Below are positions 60,572-64,000 of a stretch of DNA of 64,000 nucleotides, piece after piece. The notes under the pieces are model-generated. The model saw nothing but the letters and a program-made list of their open reading frames with translations, was not told the origin of the DNA and searched no databases. The DNA is from an uncultured Gammaproteobacteria bacterium. Its GTDB lineage: Bacteria; Actinomycetota; Acidimicrobiia; Spongiisociales; SHLN01. Location of the stretch: assembly GCA_964195905.1 (NCBI GenBank), contig CAXMQV010000127.1, positions 17,681-81,680 of the forward strand, read 5' to 3'. The position numbers and the translations under genes were made by a program. Every line of letters starts with the position of its first letter. The stretch's first letter is position 1.

Positions 60572-62080
60572 TCACCGAACGAGAACAACCTCCTCCCAGG
60601 CATCCTGGAACTGCGTGGTTCCCACCCCGTTCCACAGCAAGCCGCGGCGGGTCCGCGGCTTCGCCAACCCCCACAAGGCCTGCTTGAGACTCGATGCTTC
60701 ATCGCGCAGGCCGTCGATGACCGCTTCGGCATGGGTGTCGACGAGCGGACCGAGGGGAAGCCGGATCTTGCTGTTTCCCGGACCCGGCACAATTCCGGTC
60801 ACAATTGAGAAGAGCCTTCCCACGAGCGTTATGCGTTCGGCCGCGTCGTCGGCGAGGGTGTCGACGGCCAGACTGTAGGCCCCGATGTAGTACCCGAGAT
60901 TGGCTGCGTTCGGGTAGGGAAACGCCGGGTCGGATCCCTCGTCGGAGAAATGATCGAGGCGGTGCTCTCCTCCCAGGAGGCCCGCCAGGAGCACGTCTAA
61001 TTCGTCGATACGGTCCGCCTCGATCATCTCCTTGATCCACTCCGAGGTGACATTGCCGTGCGGGTCGACATCGTGATTGAGCCGGGCGACGACCGATCCG
61101 GGATCGCTGCGAAGCAGGGCGGCCAGCCGACCGAGAACTGCTTCGTATTCGACCCCACCCACCGCCGGGGTGCGCTGGTGGGCGATGACCTGTCGTGTCA
61201 TCTCCACGAATAACCGCGCCTTGAGGCCTGGATCAGTGAAGCCAGCCGCCAGCTCGATGAGGCCGGCCATCGAATCGAGCCGCAGCCGGAGCGCTCCCTG
61301 TGGATCGACCTGGTGACGGCCGAGAAGATCCGCCGACAGCTGTGCCAGCGGCGCCGCGGTGACCCCCTCCTCGATCGTCTCGCCGGGAACGTCGGCCAGC
61401 AAATCGATGATCTGATGCCAGCCGTCATCGGCGGGGTTTTGGGAGGCCCACAGCAGGACGGCCAGGCGGACCCGTACTGCCGGGGGCGAGCCGCCGGCCG
61501 CCGCTTCGATCAACTCGACACGCTTGCCCTCGGCAATGACCCGGGACAGCTGAACAGGATTGAGCCGTGCTGCCAGGTCGTCGAACAGCCTGCCCTGTTC
61601 GAGTGCACTTAGCCCACCCATCCACCCGTCCAGCTCGCGCATCCACACACCCAACTCGCTATCACTGAGCCCGGCCACCACGGCGCTCGCCTCCCCCGGG
61701 TCGAGACTGGCTACGGCACGGTGGATGTCGAGGAGATCTCGGCGGCCAACATCTGAGAACAGGCCATCCTGCAGCGAGGTCCGGATGGTCTGTTCGGCGT
61801 TGCTGACGCGCCTCGCCCGGCCGGCCAGGAGGGCAAACCCCGCCACCATGGCAGTCAGAGCGGCCCCGCCACCCGGCACCGCCGGGGAGGGAGTTGGTCG
61901 GTATGGCGCCGGAGGGGCGGGCGCTACCGGCCCGGGCTCGAGGGCAAGCCCGGCCGCCGGACTATCGGGAACGGCCACTGTCGTGGACGTGGCGACTGTC
62001 GCAGACGCCGTTGATGGGGGGTCGCTGTGACCGATGCCGAGGACACCAACGACGAGAGTGGAGATGACCGCCATGAACAT
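60572..62080 (-). CDS. hypothetical secreted/membrane-anchored protein
   Basis: Hydrophobic N-terminus, Pro/Thr-rich spacer, second hydrophobic helix ALTAMVAGFALLAGRARR, then a ~400-aa domain with no recognised family. Confidence 0.6.
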   Translation of the reverse strand: MFMAVISTLVVGVLGIGHSDPPSTASATVATSTTVAVPDSPAAGLALEPGPVAPAPPAPYRPTPSPAVPGGGAALTAMVAGFALLAGRARRVSNAEQTIRTSLQDGLFSDVGRRDLLDIHRAVASLDPGEASAVVAGLSDSELGVWMRELDGWMGGLSALEQGRLFDDLAARLNPVQLSRVIAEGKRVELIEAAAGGSPPAVRVRLAVLLWASQNPADDGWHQIIDLLADVPGETIEEGVTAAPLAQLSADLLGRHQVDPQGALRLRLDSMAGLIELAAGFTDPGLKARLFVEMTRQVIAHQRTPAVGGVEYEAVLGRLAALLRSDPGSVVARLNHDVDPHGNVTSEWIKEMIEADRIDELDVLLAGLLGGEHRLDHFSDEGSDPAFPYPNAANLGYYIGAYSLAVDTLADDAAERITLVGRLFSIVTGIVPGPGNSKIRLPLGPLVDTHAEAVIDGLRDEASSLKQALWGLAKPRTRRGLLWNGVGTTQFQDAWEEVVLVR

Positions 62081-62136
62081 CCGGCCAGCATGGAGAATCC
62101 GGTGACCGGGTACAAGGGGTTTGTCGCGTCCGGTGG

Positions 62137-63072
62137 TCAGGACTGGCGGAGTCGCTCCCGCGCTTGTTCGACGTCCCGGCCGATCTGATCGACCAGATCC
62201 TCGACAGAGTCGAAGCGTCGCTCTCCCCGCAATCGATCGACGAACTCGACAGCAAGGTCGCGTCCGTAGAGGTCGTCCGAGAAGTCGAGGAGATGCGCTT
62301 CGACGACCTCACGAATGCCATCGAATGTGGGACGAACCCCGATGTTGACCACGGCTGGGAAACGCTTGCCCTCGTGCACGGCAATGACTGCGTAGACACC
62401 CCTGCCGGGGACCAGCAGGCCGGGCCGGATTTCGAGGTTGGCGGTCGGGAACCCGATCCCGGAGCCGCGATGATCGCCGGCGACGACCCGGCCCGAACGG
62501 GTAAACGGCCGTCCGAGCAGACCGGCGGCAGTTTCGACGTCGCCCTCTGACACTGCCCGCCGTACGAGCGTCGACGAGATGGGGCCCGAACCAGTTTCCA
62601 GCAGCTTGACGCTGCGAACCGCGAACCCGAAGTGATCACCGAGCCGCCGAAGCTCATCGACATCGCCTTCAGCGTTCAGCCCGAAGCGGAAACCGTCGCC
62701 GACCACCACGAGCCGCGCTCCGAGCCCGTTGGCCAGGACCGTCTCGACGAAGCCGTCGGGAGGCAGCGATCGCATCGCCTCGTCAAATGTCAAGACGGCG
62801 GCGAACCCGAGCCCCGCCTCCTCGAATAGCGCCAGCCGCTCGTCGGGGGTGGTGATGAGCGCCGGCGATCGATCAGGCGCGATCGTGGTCAGGGGGTGTC
62901 GATCGAAGGTGATGGCGCCGATTGGAAGGGCGCCGAGGGCCGCAGCGTCCTCGAAGAGTGCCTGGAGCATCTGGCGATGCCCGAGATGGACGCCGTCGAA
63001 CACGCCGACCGAGACCGCAACCCCGCCGGGCTGGGGGGCCCAAACCGTCGGATCGCCTACCAGGATCTTCAC
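62137..63072 (-). CDS. ribF: bifunctional riboflavin kinase / FAD synthetase
   Basis: GVFDGVHLGHR, GFPTAN, 4-nt overlap with truB. Confidence 0.93.
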   Translation of the reverse strand: MKILVGDPTVWAPQPGGVAVSVGVFDGVHLGHRQMLQALFEDAAALGALPIGAITFDRHPLTTIAPDRSPALITTPDERLALFEEAGLGFAAVLTFDEAMRSLPPDGFVETVLANGLGARLVVVGDGFRFGLNAEGDVDELRRLGDHFGFAVRSVKLLETGSGPISSTLVRRAVSEGDVETAAGLLGRPFTRSGRVVAGDHRGSGIGFPTANLEIRPGLLVPGRGVYAVIAVHEGKRFPAVVNIGVRPTFDGIREVVEAHLLDFSDDLYGRDLAVEFVDRLRGERRFDSVEDLVDQIGRDVEQARERLRQS

Positions 63073-63947
63073 GCCACCACCACCTCAGGCTTGACGCCCG
63101 AGCCATGCCGGTCGTAAATCGCCAGCAGGTTGCCGGCGCCGTCGAGAACAGCGGTGGCGGCTTGTACCGGCAATTCGTCGAGAGAGAGAACCGAACCATG
63201 AGAGATCCGGTCCGCCAGTTCATCATCGACGGTGAGATGAGCGAGATCGGCCAGGCCGTCCGAGAGCGACAGCATCTCGCCCGGAATACGATCGGCATCC
63301 GCAATGAGCGTCTCCATCTCGGCAGCTTCTTCCACCAGCAATGAGCCGATACTCGTGCGCCGCAGGCCAACGAGGTGGGCACGACCACCGAGGGCACGGC
63401 CGATGTCGTCGGCCAGCGTCCGGATATAGGTGCCGCTCGAACATACGACCCGGATCTCGGCAATCGGGAACTCACCGCCCTCGAAACCAAGCAGCTCTAG
63501 TTCGTGGATGTGAACCGTGCGGGCCGGACGTTCAACTTCTTCTCCCCGCCTGGCGAGCTCGTACAGCTTCTGGCCATCGATCTTGATGGCCGAGACCATC
63601 GGCGGGATCTGCTGGATCTCGCCGCGGAAGGCCGTCATCGCGGCCGCCACCTCCTGGCGGCTGACGGGAAGGGGGACGCGCTCGACCTCGACCCCATCGG
63701 CGTCGAGTGAGTCGGTGGCAATCCCGAATTGGGCTCGAGCCACGTACTCCTTCGGAAGATGCTGGACGAATCGCAGCAGGCGAGTTGCGCGTCCCAGGCC
63801 GAGGACCAGCAGACCGGTCGCCATGGGGTCGAGCGTGCCGGCGTGACCGATCTTCCGGGTACCGGCCAGACCGCGCATCTTGGCCACGACATCATGGGAC
63901 GTCCATCCCGACGGCTTGTCGATGAGCAGGAAACCCTCATTGGTCAC
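63069..63947 (-). CDS. truB: tRNA pseudouridine(55) synthase
   Basis: GFLLIDKPSGWTSHDVV, GHAGTLDPMATGLL. GTG start. Confidence 0.93.
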   Translation of the reverse strand: MTNEGFLLIDKPSGWTSHDVVAKMRGLAGTRKIGHAGTLDPMATGLLVLGLGRATRLLRFVQHLPKEYVARAQFGIATDSLDADGVEVERVPLPVSRQEVAAAMTAFRGEIQQIPPMVSAIKIDGQKLYELARRGEEVERPARTVHIHELELLGFEGGEFPIAEIRVVCSSGTYIRTLADDIGRALGGRAHLVGLRRTSIGSLLVEEAAEMETLIADADRIPGEMLSLSDGLADLAHLTVDDELADRISHGSVLSLDELPVQAATAVLDGAGNLLAIYDRHGSGVKPEVVVA

Positions 63948-64000
63948 GGAGGTACTCCCGGACCCGCTCGATGACCCCGGTCACCGGGGCATCGAACGTG
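63937..64000 (-). CDS. 3' end of an unidentified gene upstream of truB (partial; the 5' part lies outside the window)
   Basis: Not in the ORF track. Own translation ...TFDAPVTGVIERVREYLRDQ* has 17/20 G/C at third positions, against about 8/18 in the alternative frame. Overlaps the truB start by 11 nt. Confidence 0.5.
   Translation of the reverse strand, partial: TFDAPVTGVIERVREYLRDQ

Noticed and set aside
1-64000. Search for mobile elements, prophage, toxin-antitoxin or defence islands
   Set aside because: No integrase, transposase, recombinase, phage structural, restriction, Cas or other defence-type motifs were recognised in any frame. Apart from the 41.4-41.7 kb spacer, composition looks uniform.

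Overview
This is a high-GC chromosomal segment (about two-thirds G+C by eye). Its gene content looks actinobacterial: the Bpa proteasome activator, imuA'-imuB plus a separate dnaE2 each behind a TCGAAC-N4-GTTCGA LexA box, and the truB-ribF...rpsO-pnp neighbourhood. I call 63 protein-coding genes. Two of them are partial genes at the window edges that the ORF track omits because they have no in-window stop. I see no rRNA, tRNA, CRISPR array, transposase, integrase, phage gene or recognisable defence gene, so this looks like core genome rather than an accessory island. Most long ORFs on the opposite strand of recognised genes are high-GC shadow ORFs. Starts were refined where lipoboxes, signal peptides, family N-termini or ATGA/GTGA overlaps argued for it. 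I did not find a clear novel multi-gene system. The most unusual observations are: (1) about 17 short tandem arrays with a 7-nt period across 10 intergenic spacers, made of a few unit families that recur at unlinked loci in both orientations, much like the STRR repeats of cyanobacteria; (2) a translationally coupled four-gene operon with three PAP2 phosphatase domains, a kinase-like domain fused to one of them, and an orphan lipoprotein, flanked by an MMPL/RND transporter and a flippase-like protein; (3) a small SARP regulator divergent from a membrane-anchored protein built from an unrecognised ~35-aa repeat; (4) a PNPase with a ~100-aa Arg/Asp-repeat tail; (5) a degenerate HypA-like protein, a Cys-rich mini-ORF in a low-GC spacer, and REP-like double hairpins. 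All functional calls come from motif recognition by eye. No database search was possible.
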